Source of the DNA: Spirochaetia bacterium
GTDB taxonomy: Bacteria; Spirochaetota; Spirochaetia; SZUA-6; Bin103
Assembly (NCBI GenBank): GCA_965203905.1
Contig: CBDBDQ010000005.1
Span: 6,848,001-6,912,000 of the forward strand
Reading direction: 5' to 3'
DNA: 64,000 bases
The position numbers and the translations under genes were made by a program. The notes beneath the pieces were generated by a model that worked only from the letters and a program-made list of their open reading frames with translations, was not told where the DNA came from and made no database searches. Of the stretch, positions 30,398-40,548 are shown one piece after another; the first letter of the stretch is position 1, and each line of letters opens with the position of its first letter.

Positions 30398-31363
30398 CTA
30401 ACTATAGCGGACCCTGGGGTCCAGATAAGGATAAATCACGTCGACAAGGAGAATGCTGAGCATGACTACGGCGGACAAGAACAGGTTCACTCCCTGGACC
30501 GTAGGGTAGTCTCTGAATTTGAGTGCGTCCACGAACATGCGACCTATCCCCGGCAGGGCAAATATTTCCTCCATGATGACGGAGCCGCCTACCAGGATAG
30601 GCAACTGCAGGCCGATCATGGTAGCTACCGGGATGAGGGCATTCTTGACGGCGTGTCTCACAACAACTACCCGCTCCTTGAGACCCTTGGACCAGCCCGT
30701 CCTGATATAGTCCTGACGGAGCACCTCCAGCATCATGGTGCGCGTCATCCGCATTGTGCTTGCAGCCATGGCTGTCCCCAGAATCCCGGCAGGAATGATG
30801 AACATCCCCAGGTTCCCCAGCGGGTCTTCCGTGAATGGAATCAGCTCTATCGATGGGGACCAGCCCCACCAGATTGCCGGGTACAGCATGACCATGATTG
30901 CGAGCCAGAAGTTAGGCGTTGCCAGGCCGATGATGGCGATGGAGCGCCCCACGTAGTCGGCGGCGGTATCCTGGCGAATCGCCGAGTAGATGCCGACGGG
31001 CAGCGCTATCACGAGCCCGATTACGAGTGCCAGGAAACCAAGCTCAATGGTTACCGGCAATCTGCCTAGTATCCTCTCCTCTATCCGGAAATCGTCTATC
31101 AGTGAGTGGCCGAGGGTGCCGTGCAGCAGGATACCTCCCATCCAGCGTCCGTACTGCACGTAGACAGGCACGTCCAGTCCCAGCTGACGCTCGAGGTCTT
31201 CGCGGTCCCACTCGGCACCCGCGACATTCACGTCATCCATCTGAGCCAGCATCGCGTCTATTACATCGCCCGGGATGAAGCGCACCGAGAGAAAGACGAG
31301 TATGGTCAATATGAACAGGGTGGGGAGCATCAGCAACAGCCGCCTGATGATATAGGTTCTCAT
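30398..31363 (-). CDS. ABC transporter permease (DppB-like)
   Basis: YIIRR, QDYIRTGWSKGL, LDPRV; paralog of 21373-22332. Confidence 0.95.
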   Translation of the reverse strand: MRTYIIRRLLLMLPTLFILTILVFLSVRFIPGDVIDAMLAQMDDVNVAGAEWDREDLERQLGLDVPVYVQYGRWMGGILLHGTLGHSLIDDFRIEERILGRLPVTIELGFLALVIGLVIALPVGIYSAIRQDTAADYVGRSIAIIGLATPNFWLAIMVMLYPAIWWGWSPSIELIPFTEDPLGNLGMFIIPAGILGTAMAASTMRMTRTMMLEVLRQDYIRTGWSKGLKERVVVVRHAVKNALIPVATMIGLQLPILVGGSVIMEEIFALPGIGRMFVDALKFRDYPTVQGVNLFLSAVVMLSILLVDVIYPYLDPRVRYS

Positions 31364-31391
31364 GTGACGCACCTCACTATTGCGGGGAGAG

Positions 31392-31407
31392 GGAGGCTTA
31401 AGCCTCC
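31392..31407. promoter_or_regulatory. 16-bp perfect palindrome after the SBP stop (possible mRNA stabiliser/attenuator)
   Basis: GGAGGCTTAAGCCTCC. Confidence 0.4.
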
Positions 31408-31418
31408 GCAAATTCCCC

Positions 31419-33218
31419 CTAGTGACCCATGGATTCTTTTAGCTCACCATCAATCCAGAGGCGCGAGAAGACAACGTGATATTGCCCTCCTCCAAAGGCG
31501 CCCTCGCTGTTATAACCCATCACCCATGGCTGGTGAACGGTAAACCACGGGCTCATAGGCGCCGCCCAGAGATGCCAGAAGTTCTCTAACGCGTGCCTGT
31601 CCATCTGTCCAATCAGTCTCGTCTCCTCCTCATAGGTGGTAGCGGCCAGCAGGGCATCATACATGGCGTCATACTGCGGATCGAGGACTACGGCGTTCCT
31701 AGGGTGGCCGCTCCAATACCAACTCACTGCCGTGACTGGATCAGCTTCGGTGCCGTTGTTGAGCACCGTCATGCCAAAATCTGCAGCTGCCTGCCTGGCG
31801 ACCAACTGCGCACCATCGGCGGCTACGTCAAGATCCACGTCAACGCCAATCTCCCGCCAGTATGCTGCCTGTAATTCCACCAAGTTCAAGTCATGAAAGG
31901 GCCATGCCAACATCGTGGTCTTGAATCTCATGCCGTCGCCGCCGCGCGGATATCCAGCCTCATCGAGCAACGCTTCTGCCCGCGTCGGGTCATAGCTATA
32001 GCCCTTCTTGAGCTCTTCGGGCCATTCCTCAAATAGGAACGCTCCCTTCATTCCCCTGCCTACTCGCCCCCGGGGTATCGTATCCGAGTAACCCTTGTAG
32101 TAGGTATCGTTCATTGTCTCGACGTCCAGTGCCATCTGCATTGCCTTGCGCACCCTGATGTCGTCATAGGGCGGCTCGCTAGGGTTCAAGAATGTACCGG
32201 TATCCGCTCGCAGTGCCCACTGGTGGATTACGAGCTCGGGGTTGGTGCGCTGGAGGCTCACTACCTGGTCTACGGAATTCAATAGGCCGCCGCCCTGTTC
32301 ACCTATGAAATCGATCTTGGCCGAGCGCAATGCCGCCAGCCTTGTTGCCACTTCGGGTATAACCAGGAACCTTGTCTCGTCAACATAGGGCAAACGGTTC
32401 TCCGGGTATTTTTCGTCGTAGCCCCAGTAGTCGGGATTCTTGGTCAGGCTAAAGGAGGTGCCCTCGACCACGTCAGTCAGCATGAAGGGTCCGGTGCCGA
32501 CCAGGTTCCGCCAGTCGTATTCCTCGTGTTGCTCGATTACCTCACGGGCCTGTAGACCCGTTTGATGACTCTCCAAGACATGGTTCAGGGCTCTGAGCCT
32601 TGGCTCCTTCAGCTTGAAAACAACCGTCCACTTGTCGGTGGCCGTTACCGATTCCCATGGTATACTGGTGAGTGTGGCAACACTGGCATGAGGGTTGGGT
32701 CCGGCGTCGGTGAACTTGCCGAGACCCAACAGACGGTGGAAGTTGTATTCGACATCATCGGCAGTCACCTCCCGACCGTTCACCGGCGCCTTGTCATGAA
32801 AGTGAACATTCTGACGGATGTGAAGGACGATCGTTTTGTCGTCGGGCTGTTCCCAGCTTTCAGCCAGCGCCCCCTTAAGGGCGTATAGAGGCGCCGGGTA
32901 GCCGCCAATAAAAGGATATGTGTCCCTATCTATTGCCCAGTCCACCATGCCCATCTTCTCAATAACACTACCCATGATATCGGTAGTCCAGTTGGAAAAT
33001 GGGTCTTTGTCCGGACTCATCCGTATTGCGCCCACGGTCAATGTCCCGCCATACTCTGGCGCGGAGTACACCTTGCCGGTGACGGGGTCGGTCACATACC
33101 TCTTGTCGGCCGCGGCGGCGGTCGAACCCTCCTCTTCGCCGGCGGCCCAGAGGCCGGTAGCGGCCAGGACCAGGACGGACAGTACCGCAAGGCACTTTCC
33201 GAGCAGAACGTGTCTCAT
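31419..33218 (-). CDS. ABC transporter substrate-binding protein, family 5
   Basis: Signal peptide nearly identical to 22504-24303; PEYGG, LAESWE, VGTGPF. Confidence 0.95.
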   Translation of the reverse strand: MRHVLLGKCLAVLSVLVLAATGLWAAGEEEGSTAAAADKRYVTDPVTGKVYSAPEYGGTLTVGAIRMSPDKDPFSNWTTDIMGSVIEKMGMVDWAIDRDTYPFIGGYPAPLYALKGALAESWEQPDDKTIVLHIRQNVHFHDKAPVNGREVTADDVEYNFHRLLGLGKFTDAGPNPHASVATLTSIPWESVTATDKWTVVFKLKEPRLRALNHVLESHQTGLQAREVIEQHEEYDWRNLVGTGPFMLTDVVEGTSFSLTKNPDYWGYDEKYPENRLPYVDETRFLVIPEVATRLAALRSAKIDFIGEQGGGLLNSVDQVVSLQRTNPELVIHQWALRADTGTFLNPSEPPYDDIRVRKAMQMALDVETMNDTYYKGYSDTIPRGRVGRGMKGAFLFEEWPEELKKGYSYDPTRAEALLDEAGYPRGGDGMRFKTTMLAWPFHDLNLVELQAAYWREIGVDVDLDVAADGAQLVARQAAADFGMTVLNNGTEADPVTAVSWYWSGHPRNAVVLDPQYDAMYDALLAATTYEEETRLIGQMDRHALENFWHLWAAPMSPWFTVHQPWVMGYNSEGAFGGGQYHVVFSRLWIDGELKESMGH

Positions 33219-33969
33219 GAGTCGACTCTCCTCTCGTCGTTGCGAGTCGTTTCCGGGAGCGCTCGCCTCACTGCCGGCCCTTCGCCCACTCCCGCGGCAT
33301 GCCTGCGCACGCGCAGGTAACCGAAAAGCGAAGGAGGCAGACTCCGGCGTGCCCGCGGCGAACGCGGGCCGCTCGGGCGTTAGTCGGGTGTCATCGATTC
33401 CCGGGCATCGATTGTCGGCGTTGTCCGTCTCACGGAAACACCTTGCCTCCTCCTTGCACGCGTGCACACGTCGACGGGATGGTGGCCGGCGTGGCAGGGA
33501 GCTGAGTGGCCGGCAACGCCGGCGGGTGGTTGTTGTGATGTGACTGGCGCGGGCGGGTGCGGGACGGCTGGGGTCGTCGCTGGAAATGACCGGCGGTCGG
33601 CACGCCGGTGCGGCCGGCGACGGAGCCGGCGCCACCCGGACCCGAGCGCGCTGCCAGGCAGGTGTTGGCCGCAGCGAATTCAGGAGCGTGCCCTGCGCAC
33701 GGGAAGGTGCGCTCGGGACACGAGCGGTGCTCAGAAGGAGCGCTTATTTCTTTACGAGCGAGAAGAAGTAGTTTCCCCCGGGGGGGGGGGATGTACCGGC
33801 GGCGCTGCTGGAGTCAGCCGGCGACAGGGCCGGGTTGCCTGGTCACGCCAAATCCACATCCATCCGAGTCCCAACCGCCACTGTACCACACGCCCGCCAC
33901 CGGTCAAGCACGCGTTTGCAATGCAACGTTCGTTCGGGCCGATCGGCCGATGAATCATATCGCGCCGCT

Positions 33970-34170
33970 CAAGCGGCGCCTCCAGGTCTCGATCCGCTCC
34001 AACTCCTTGCGCAGCACCTTGTACTCCACCACGAAGCGGCGCTCACGCCCGCCCTGCGGCCATACGATCAGCAGTCGGTGCGCCCGTGCCCCAGCGCGTA
34101 CTCCCGCTCGATCCCCCCACCGCCGTTCACGATGCGCGCCCCGGGAATACCTGCAGGGTGTCTTGAGTGT
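33970..34170 (-). pseudogene. second copy of the AAA-ATPase/PD-(D/E)xK remnant
   Basis: Same fragment as 25030-25230. Confidence 0.55.
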
Positions 34171-34186
34171 CCCATGATACCGCCTC

Positions 34187-35092
34187 TCACCCCCGCTCCG
34201 GGTCGATGCCCGACCGGCGCAGGAGCGCCGCCAGCCGTTCGGCCCGTCGGCGCTCCTCACTCAGTAGGTGCTCCGCGTGCTCGGCACGTTGGCGTTCCTG
34301 ATCCGCGCGTTGGCCTTCCTGATCCGCGCGCTGGCGTTGTTCCCTGCCCGTCGGAATCAGCACGTCCTGCTCGTCCATCCAGCGCAGCCACCCGCTCCAC
34401 CACACGCCCTCGAACTCCCCCTCCCACAGCCTCAGTCCCAACCGCAGCTCCGGGAACCGGGGCCGCTCTTGGCGTTCGTAGCTCCCGTTCCGCAACCGAT
34501 ACACGCGCAGATCGTCCCGCATCACCCGATGAAACGGATCGTAGATCACGTAGTACCCCACTCCCATGCGCGCGTAGCTGAGCCTCTTGCTCCCTACCTC
34601 GTTGCCTTCCCGGTTCGAGACGATCTCCACCACCAGATCCGGTGGCTTGCCGAACTCCCACACGAAATAGGAGCGGTGCCTCTTGTCCCACCAGTTGTCC
34701 GCCACCTGCACGTCCAGGCTCACGAACACGTCCGGCACGATCGCGGGGTTGCGCGCCTCCCCAAACACGCCGACGTTGGCAGCCGCAAGAAACGTGCGCC
34801 CGCCGCCCGGACCGGCCCACGAGCTGTACAGCGGCTCGGTGAGCAGCCGTTGCTGCTTCTCAGAGGGCATGTTGTCCACCGGCGTTTCATCCTCGGTCAC
34901 CAGAGATTCGATGTCGACACTCACTGCCGGCGGCGCCGCCACCGCAACCCCTGCCCCCTGGACCGTGGCCGCACGCGGCACGCTCGAGGCCGGCCTCGTG
35001 AGCACCCTGTCCGGCGGGGCCGGCTCCGCTCCGGGGGCGCTGGATTGTGGATCAAGCGCGGAATGACCACGGTGGGGGTTAGTCGGCTCCAT
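34187..35092 (-). CDS. Uma2 family (DUF820) endonuclease-like protein, copy 2
   Basis: Almost identical to copy 1 but with two fewer heptad repeats. Confidence 0.88.
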   Translation of the reverse strand: MEPTNPHRGHSALDPQSSAPGAEPAPPDRVLTRPASSVPRAATVQGAGVAVAAPPAVSVDIESLVTEDETPVDNMPSEKQQRLLTEPLYSSWAGPGGGRTFLAAANVGVFGEARNPAIVPDVFVSLDVQVADNWWDKRHRSYFVWEFGKPPDLVVEIVSNREGNEVGSKRLSYARMGVGYYVIYDPFHRVMRDDLRVYRLRNGSYERQERPRFPELRLGLRLWEGEFEGVWWSGWLRWMDEQDVLIPTGREQRQRADQEGQRADQERQRAEHAEHLLSEERRRAERLAALLRRSGIDPERG

Positions 35093-35399
35093 GCGGTCAC
35101 CAGCATACACCGAGCAAGCAGCAACAGCCACTCCGCAGCACGTTGCCTTCAGAGACCTGCTGGACCCGAGGATGAGTGGCAGTGGGGGCGTCTCGATACC
35201 GCTGGCGCCGGATTTCCGCGCGCATCCCGATTTGAGGGTTGCTATTGCGCCAGCCTCGGGTCGTAACGGAAGCGGGAGATGGGTCCCGTCCGGATTGCAC
35301 CGAAGTCGGGGTGCTCGGGATTGACGATGTAGTTGGTTTCGTCGCGGACTACGGCGCTCAGCACCTGCAGCACTGCAGACCGCGCGTGATCGATCCAGC

Positions 35400-35476
35400 C
35401 GTCACCGATTTCCTGAGTGACGGGGTAAAGGCTCGGTGGCGAACTCCGGCGCGGCCAGACGCCAGCCGGTGATCAA
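35400..35476 (-). pseudogene. N-terminal stub of a RES-domain toxin
   Basis: ITGWRLAAPEFA overlapping the antitoxin stop; the rest is missing. Confidence 0.45.
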
Positions 35477-35950
35477 CTGAATACGCCATGCCGTAGTCGG
35501 CCGATGAGGTGCTCGACGTCGCGGGCTCCCGTTTCCGTTGACGCACGCTGGAGGGGCGTCTCCCGGTCCAGGAGATCATGTGGCGTGCGCAGCCACCGCC
35601 CGGCGCCACTCGCGTCGCCCCGCATCATGGCCACGGCCATCGCCTCCAGGCGAGCGACACGTACCAGCCGGTCCGACTCCGCCGGCGTCAATATGCCGCT
35701 CCGCTTCCGCGGGCGAGGGTAGTTGCCGGGATGCCGACGGTCGCCGCCAGTTCCCCCTGCTATCCGCCGATGGCCATTGCCAGTTCATCGAACATGGAAA
35801 AGGCAGACCGCTGCGCACCATCTTGAGCACGCCGCGCCCATGCAGCAGGGCGAACAGGCCGCCGTTCGGCGCGTGGCCCGTGGCGTACTGCGTGGCTGGC
35901 TCCGCGACGCCCCGTTCGGGCGACTCGGAAACCTGTTGCCGGGTGGGCAT
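35473..35950 (-). pseudogene. Xre/MbcA/ParS (DUF2384) antitoxin with frameshifts and an internal stop
   Basis: VRSGLPF / GIPATTL / LTPAESDRLVRVAR...WLRTPH...LIGRLRHGVFS across frames. Confidence 0.8.
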
Positions 35951-36188
35951 GACGCCGGAACGCGGCTTCGGGACTCCGCTATCGCCTGATTGCTCCATAT
36001 GGTATTCCCGACATCGTCAAGCATGCGTTGCGGATGTTGCGGATTTGCGGATGGGGTGCGTTGATGCGGCCCGCTCCCGAGGGATGGCGGTAGTCGCTAC
36101 CGGACCTGTGGTGTTGAACGTACGCACGGCCGCCGTTGTCGAAGGACGTGGTGCGGTTGTCATCCTCGCGTGCTGCGGCTGCTGCGGC

Positions 36189-37325
36189 TTAGTGCGGTGC
36201 GTAGGGGTCGGCGGCGTCGCGCAGGCCGTCGCCGACGAAGTTGAAGGCCAGCACGGTAACGATGATGAACAGCCCCGGTATCAGCAGCCACGGCGCCAGA
36301 CCGAGGGTGTGGATGTTCTGCGCCTCGCTGAGCAGCACGCCCCAACTGACCACCGGCGGGCGCAGACCCAGGCCGAGGAAGCTCAGCGAGGTCTCGGCCA
36401 GGATCATCGACGGCACGCTGAGGGTCAGGGCCACGATGACGTAGCTCAGGAACGACGGGATCAGATGCCTGGTGATGATCGCCGGATCGGTGGTGCCGGC
36501 GATCCTCCCCGCCATCACGAAGTCCTCTTCGCGCAGGCTCAGCAGCTTGCCGCGCACCACCCGTGCCAGGTCGGTCCAGCCGATGAGGGAAACGATGATG
36601 GTGATGCCGAAGTAGATCCTGATGGCCGACCAGTGCACCGGCAGCGCGGCCGCCAGGGCCATCCACAGCGGCAGCACCGGAATGGAGCGGATGAACTCGA
36701 TGAGGCGCTGCACCACGACGTCGGTGGCGCCGCCGAAATACCCGGACGCGCCGCCGATGCCGATCCCCAGCACAAAGCTCAGTACCACTCCGATCAGCCC
36801 GATCGACAGCGAGACCCGGGCCCCGAACACCATGCGGCTGAACATGTCGCGGCCCAGGCCGTCGGTCCCGAACAGGTGGGCGGTGCCTCCCTCCACGCCG
36901 AACAGGTGCAGGTCGCTCTCGAACAGGCCCCACAGCTTGTAGTCCGCGCCGCGCACGAACAGGCGCAGCGGGTAGCGCTGCGACCGCTCCTCGGTGTAGA
37001 TGCGGCGCCAGGTGCGATCGTCGACCCGCGACGTGTACGCGTACACGAAGGGGCGCAGGTGCAGGCCGTCGTCACTGACGAAACGCAGCCGCTGCGGCGG
37101 GGCCAGCAGCACGTCGGTGATCTCCTCCATGTCGTAGGGGGCGATGAACCCGCTGAACCCGGCCGCGAGATACATCACCAGCAGAATGACACCGCCGACC
37201 AGGGCCAGCCGGTGCTTCTTGAAGCGCCACCACATCAACTGGTAGTGGGATGCCAGGTAGAACCGTTCGCGACTGGCCTGGGCGTTGCCCCGAGCGGTAC
37301 CGGTGCCGCTCCGCTCCCCCGCCAC
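36189..37325 (-). CDS. ABC transporter permease (OppC-like)
   Basis: FGTDGLGRDMFSR, GDGLRDAADPY. Confidence 0.95.
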   Translation of the reverse strand: MAGERSGTGTARGNAQASRERFYLASHYQLMWWRFKKHRLALVGGVILLVMYLAAGFSGFIAPYDMEEITDVLLAPPQRLRFVSDDGLHLRPFVYAYTSRVDDRTWRRIYTEERSQRYPLRLFVRGADYKLWGLFESDLHLFGVEGGTAHLFGTDGLGRDMFSRMVFGARVSLSIGLIGVVLSFVLGIGIGGASGYFGGATDVVVQRLIEFIRSIPVLPLWMALAAALPVHWSAIRIYFGITIIVSLIGWTDLARVVRGKLLSLREEDFVMAGRIAGTTDPAIITRHLIPSFLSYVIVALTLSVPSMILAETSLSFLGLGLRPPVVSWGVLLSEAQNIHTLGLAPWLLIPGLFIIVTVLAFNFVGDGLRDAADPYAPH

Positions 37326-38314
37326 TACTGCTCCATCCTGATGCGCGGGTCCATGGCGGCGAGCAGGACGTCCGAGATGAAGGTCCCCACCACGGTGAGG
37401 ATGGAGAGAATCAGGATGAACGCGCCGGCCAGGAACATGTCCTGGCTCAGCAGCGAGTTCAGCAGCAGCGGTCCGGTGGTGGGCAGGCTGAGCACCACCG
37501 CCACGATGGGCGCCCCCGAGACGATGGTGGTGAGCTGCCAGCCGATCGTGCTGACCAGGGGATTGAGCGCGATCCGCACCGGGTACTTGTAGACCAGCGT
37601 GCTCTCCTTGAGCCCCTTGGAGCGGGCCGTGATCACGTACTGCTTCTGCAGCTCGTCCAGCAGCATGCCGCGCATCACCCGGATCAGCCCGGCGGTGCCC
37701 GCGGTGCCCAGGACGATCACCGGGATCCACAGGTGCGAGAGCATGTCCAGCACCTTGCCGACGCTCCAGCCCGCCTCCAGGTACTGCGGCGAGAACAACC
37801 CGCCGACGCTGGCCCCGAGGTACTGGAAGCCGACGTACATGAGGATCAGCGCCAGCAGGAAGTTGGGCGTCGCCAGCCCGGTGTAGCCGATGACGGTGAA
37901 GAAGAAGTCACCCGGGGAGTACTTGTTGAGGGCCGAGTAGATGCCGATCGGGATGGACACGACGTAGGTGAACACCAGCGTCGCCATGGCCATGATGGCG
38001 GTCATGGCCAGCCGTTCCCAGATCAGGTCCCGGGCCGGCCGGTCATAGGCGAACGAGCGGCCGAAGTCGCCGCGGGTGACGATCCGCCAGACCCACTGTG
38101 CGTACTGGGCGTAGAGCGGCCGGTCCAGCCCGTAGTGCAGCCGCAGCGCCAGGAGCTCCTCTTCCGACGCGCGCGAACCTTCCTCTTCCAACTGGGCGAT
38201 GTAGGTGGTCAGGTAATCGCCGGGAGGGAGCTGGATGAGGCCGAACGCGACGACCGACACGGCCAGCACCGTCAACAGCATGTAGAGGAAACGGCGCACC
38301 ACGTAGTCGATCAT
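37325..38314 (-). CDS. ABC transporter permease (OppB-like)
   Basis: PPGDY, GDFGRS, ARSKGL, DPRI. Confidence 0.95.
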   Translation of the reverse strand: MIDYVVRRFLYMLLTVLAVSVVAFGLIQLPPGDYLTTYIAQLEEEGSRASEEELLALRLHYGLDRPLYAQYAQWVWRIVTRGDFGRSFAYDRPARDLIWERLAMTAIMAMATLVFTYVVSIPIGIYSALNKYSPGDFFFTVIGYTGLATPNFLLALILMYVGFQYLGASVGGLFSPQYLEAGWSVGKVLDMLSHLWIPVIVLGTAGTAGLIRVMRGMLLDELQKQYVITARSKGLKESTLVYKYPVRIALNPLVSTIGWQLTTIVSGAPIVAVVLSLPTTGPLLLNSLLSQDMFLAGAFILILSILTVVGTFISDVLLAAMDPRIRMEQ

Positions 38315-38390
38315 CGGATATGGCTCCGGGTAGCAGCGGGCCCCGCCCCCAGGGGGGAGCGGAGCCCGACAACGCGCTGACGCCTACCCT

Positions 38391-40424
38391 CTAAAACGAG
38401 AACTGCTCTACCAGGTAGGGTGAGAAGAAGTCGAAGTCAGCCGCGTACACGCCCTCTCGCGGCGCGTTCACCAGCGAGTTGTGGAAGATCGCCGGCTGGA
38501 AGGTAATGCCGACCGTACCGATGCTGTAGAGCCCGCGCACGTTGCTGCCGGCGATATCGCGGCCCAGCTCCAGCCAGCGCTCGGTGCCCGATGGGGTCTT
38601 GGCCAGCTCCTCGGCCACCTCGTAGATGTGCTTCACGTCGTCCGGCGGCTCCTCGCCGCGGGCGCCGCCGGTGGCGTACCACTCGGCCCACGGCCGCCCG
38701 GAACCGAACCATGGCGGCGCGAACCAGCCGGGGAACTCGGTGAACATGCCGTGACCGGTGTTGCGACCGTAGTGGTGCGACGACATCTGCATCTGGTTGG
38801 CCCGCATCCGGGTCAGCACCAACTCGTCGGAGCCTTCCTTCACGACCACGTTGACCCCGATCGCCTTCCAGTGGCTGGACGCGAGCTGGTTGATGGTGGC
38901 CTTCGGCCCCTCGGTGGGCCGGTACTCCAGGATGATGTCGAGGCGTTTTCCGTCGGGGCGCAGGCGGAACTCGCCGTCGGCGTCCCACTGCAGCCCGATC
39001 TCATCGAGGATGGCATTGGCACGATCGGGGGCGTAGTCGGTGAAGTACTCGCCCATCCAGTCTTCGTAGAACGGGTTGCTCGGATCCACCGACCAAGCCC
39101 GTGGAATGGCTCGGCCCAACAGCGCCACCTCGTTGATCTGGTCACGGTTGAGCGCCAATGACATCGCCTGCCGGAAGCGAATGTCGTTGAACAACTCGCG
39201 CAGCACCGGGTCCTCGTTGTAGGTCAGGTTCAACTGGTAGGCCTGGATCGACGAGCGCGGATTCACCAGCAACACGGTGCGGTAGTCGCCCTTGGCCTCA
39301 CTCTCCCGGTAGAGCGGGTAGTTCTCGAGGGTGAGGTAGAACGACGAGTAGTGGACCTCGCCCGCCATCGAACGCAGGTTGGCCACCTCCTGGTTTTCGA
39401 TTACCACCCGCACTTGGCGATCCATGTAGGGAAGCTGGTTGCCGGCGGTATCGATCTTCCAGAAGTAGGGGTTGCGGGCGAAGTAGTGGTTACCCACCGA
39501 GTCGACGCTGTCGATTATCCACGTCGTGAGCCGCGGAAAATCCATGTCGTCCTGCACGTTGCGCACGTCGTGGGCGCGAAACAGCTCGACCCAGGTGTCG
39601 TGGCCCTGTTCCTTGGCGAGATCGCCGGCCTTCGCGTTGTACTTGATGTGAAACTGCGAAAGGTAGTGCTTGGGATCCACCGGGAACGACCGTGAGTCGG
39701 ATCGCTTCATGCTCAGGAAATGGAGAATCAACGGATGCGGCACCGCAAAGCGGAAACGAACTGTGAGGTCGTCCACCGCCTCGACCTTGACCAGCTCGCC
39801 ACCGGGCCGCCAGATTCCCCGATTGGCGGGCGTGAGCTCCTCGTTGCTGGCTACGTCTTCGTACCAGAACAGGAAGTCCGCCGAGGTAAGGGGCTCGCCG
39901 TCACTCCAACGCATGCCGTTGCGCAGGTGAAGGGTAAGCGCACTGGCGTCATCGTTGAACTCGTATGCCAGCGGGATGTTGGGAAGGATCTCCTTCAGGT
40001 CGTATTGGACCAACATCTGCAGGCGGGGACGTCTGGTGTCCACGTCGACGGCGCGCGCTCCGGTGGCCAGGGCCCTGAGGTCGCCGCCGTAGGTGCCGAT
40101 CCGCTCCAGCGGTTCGATGACCTGGGGCTCGTCGGGAAGGCGGTCCTCCACCGGCGGCAGCTCGCCGGCAGCCACCAGCGCCGCCAGCGCGGGCGCCTCG
40201 TTGAAGCTGGTTATCCGGTTGCCCGTCTCGCGCTCGTATTGCGAGAGCGTCACGTAGATTTTCGGCGTCAGGGTCGAGTACTCTCCCGGCGCCAACTCCG
40301 CCGCCCCTGACGCGGCGGCCTCCACCGGCGCCTCGCTTGCGGGTGCGGCGAAAGCCGGCGCGACCGCCAGCGCCAACAGCAGAACTCCCACGAAACCGAA
40401 ACGAACCACGCTTGTGTTCGACAT
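38391..40424 (-). CDS. ABC transporter substrate-binding protein, family 5
   Basis: Signal peptide; GELPPVEDRLP, RWSDGEPLT, RNPYFWKIDTAGNQLPYMD. Confidence 0.95.
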   Translation of the reverse strand: MSNTSVVRFGFVGVLLLALAVAPAFAAPASEAPVEAAASGAAELAPGEYSTLTPKIYVTLSQYERETGNRITSFNEAPALAALVAAGELPPVEDRLPDEPQVIEPLERIGTYGGDLRALATGARAVDVDTRRPRLQMLVQYDLKEILPNIPLAYEFNDDASALTLHLRNGMRWSDGEPLTSADFLFWYEDVASNEELTPANRGIWRPGGELVKVEAVDDLTVRFRFAVPHPLILHFLSMKRSDSRSFPVDPKHYLSQFHIKYNAKAGDLAKEQGHDTWVELFRAHDVRNVQDDMDFPRLTTWIIDSVDSVGNHYFARNPYFWKIDTAGNQLPYMDRQVRVVIENQEVANLRSMAGEVHYSSFYLTLENYPLYRESEAKGDYRTVLLVNPRSSIQAYQLNLTYNEDPVLRELFNDIRFRQAMSLALNRDQINEVALLGRAIPRAWSVDPSNPFYEDWMGEYFTDYAPDRANAILDEIGLQWDADGEFRLRPDGKRLDIILEYRPTEGPKATINQLASSHWKAIGVNVVVKEGSDELVLTRMRANQMQMSSHHYGRNTGHGMFTEFPGWFAPPWFGSGRPWAEWYATGGARGEEPPDDVKHIYEVAEELAKTPSGTERWLELGRDIAGSNVRGLYSIGTVGITFQPAIFHNSLVNAPREGVYAADFDFFSPYLVEQFSF

Positions 40425-40548
40425 GGCGTCCTCCTCGAAGGTTAATCGGTCGAGCCTACCACCCGTCCGGGGCGGCGTCAAAACCGACAGGCCGCGCCGC
40501 CCGCCATCAAGCGAACTTGCTGGTCACCACGCCGTCAACGACGAATAC

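Larger units (their letters stand above)
33091..35143. repeat. segmental duplication copy 2
   Basis: Near-identical to 24176-26244. Confidence 0.93.

Noticed and set aside
31419-33635. 139-aa N-terminal extension on the SBP
   Set aside because: The paralogous leader has an in-frame stop, and the RBS plus signal peptide place the start at 33218.
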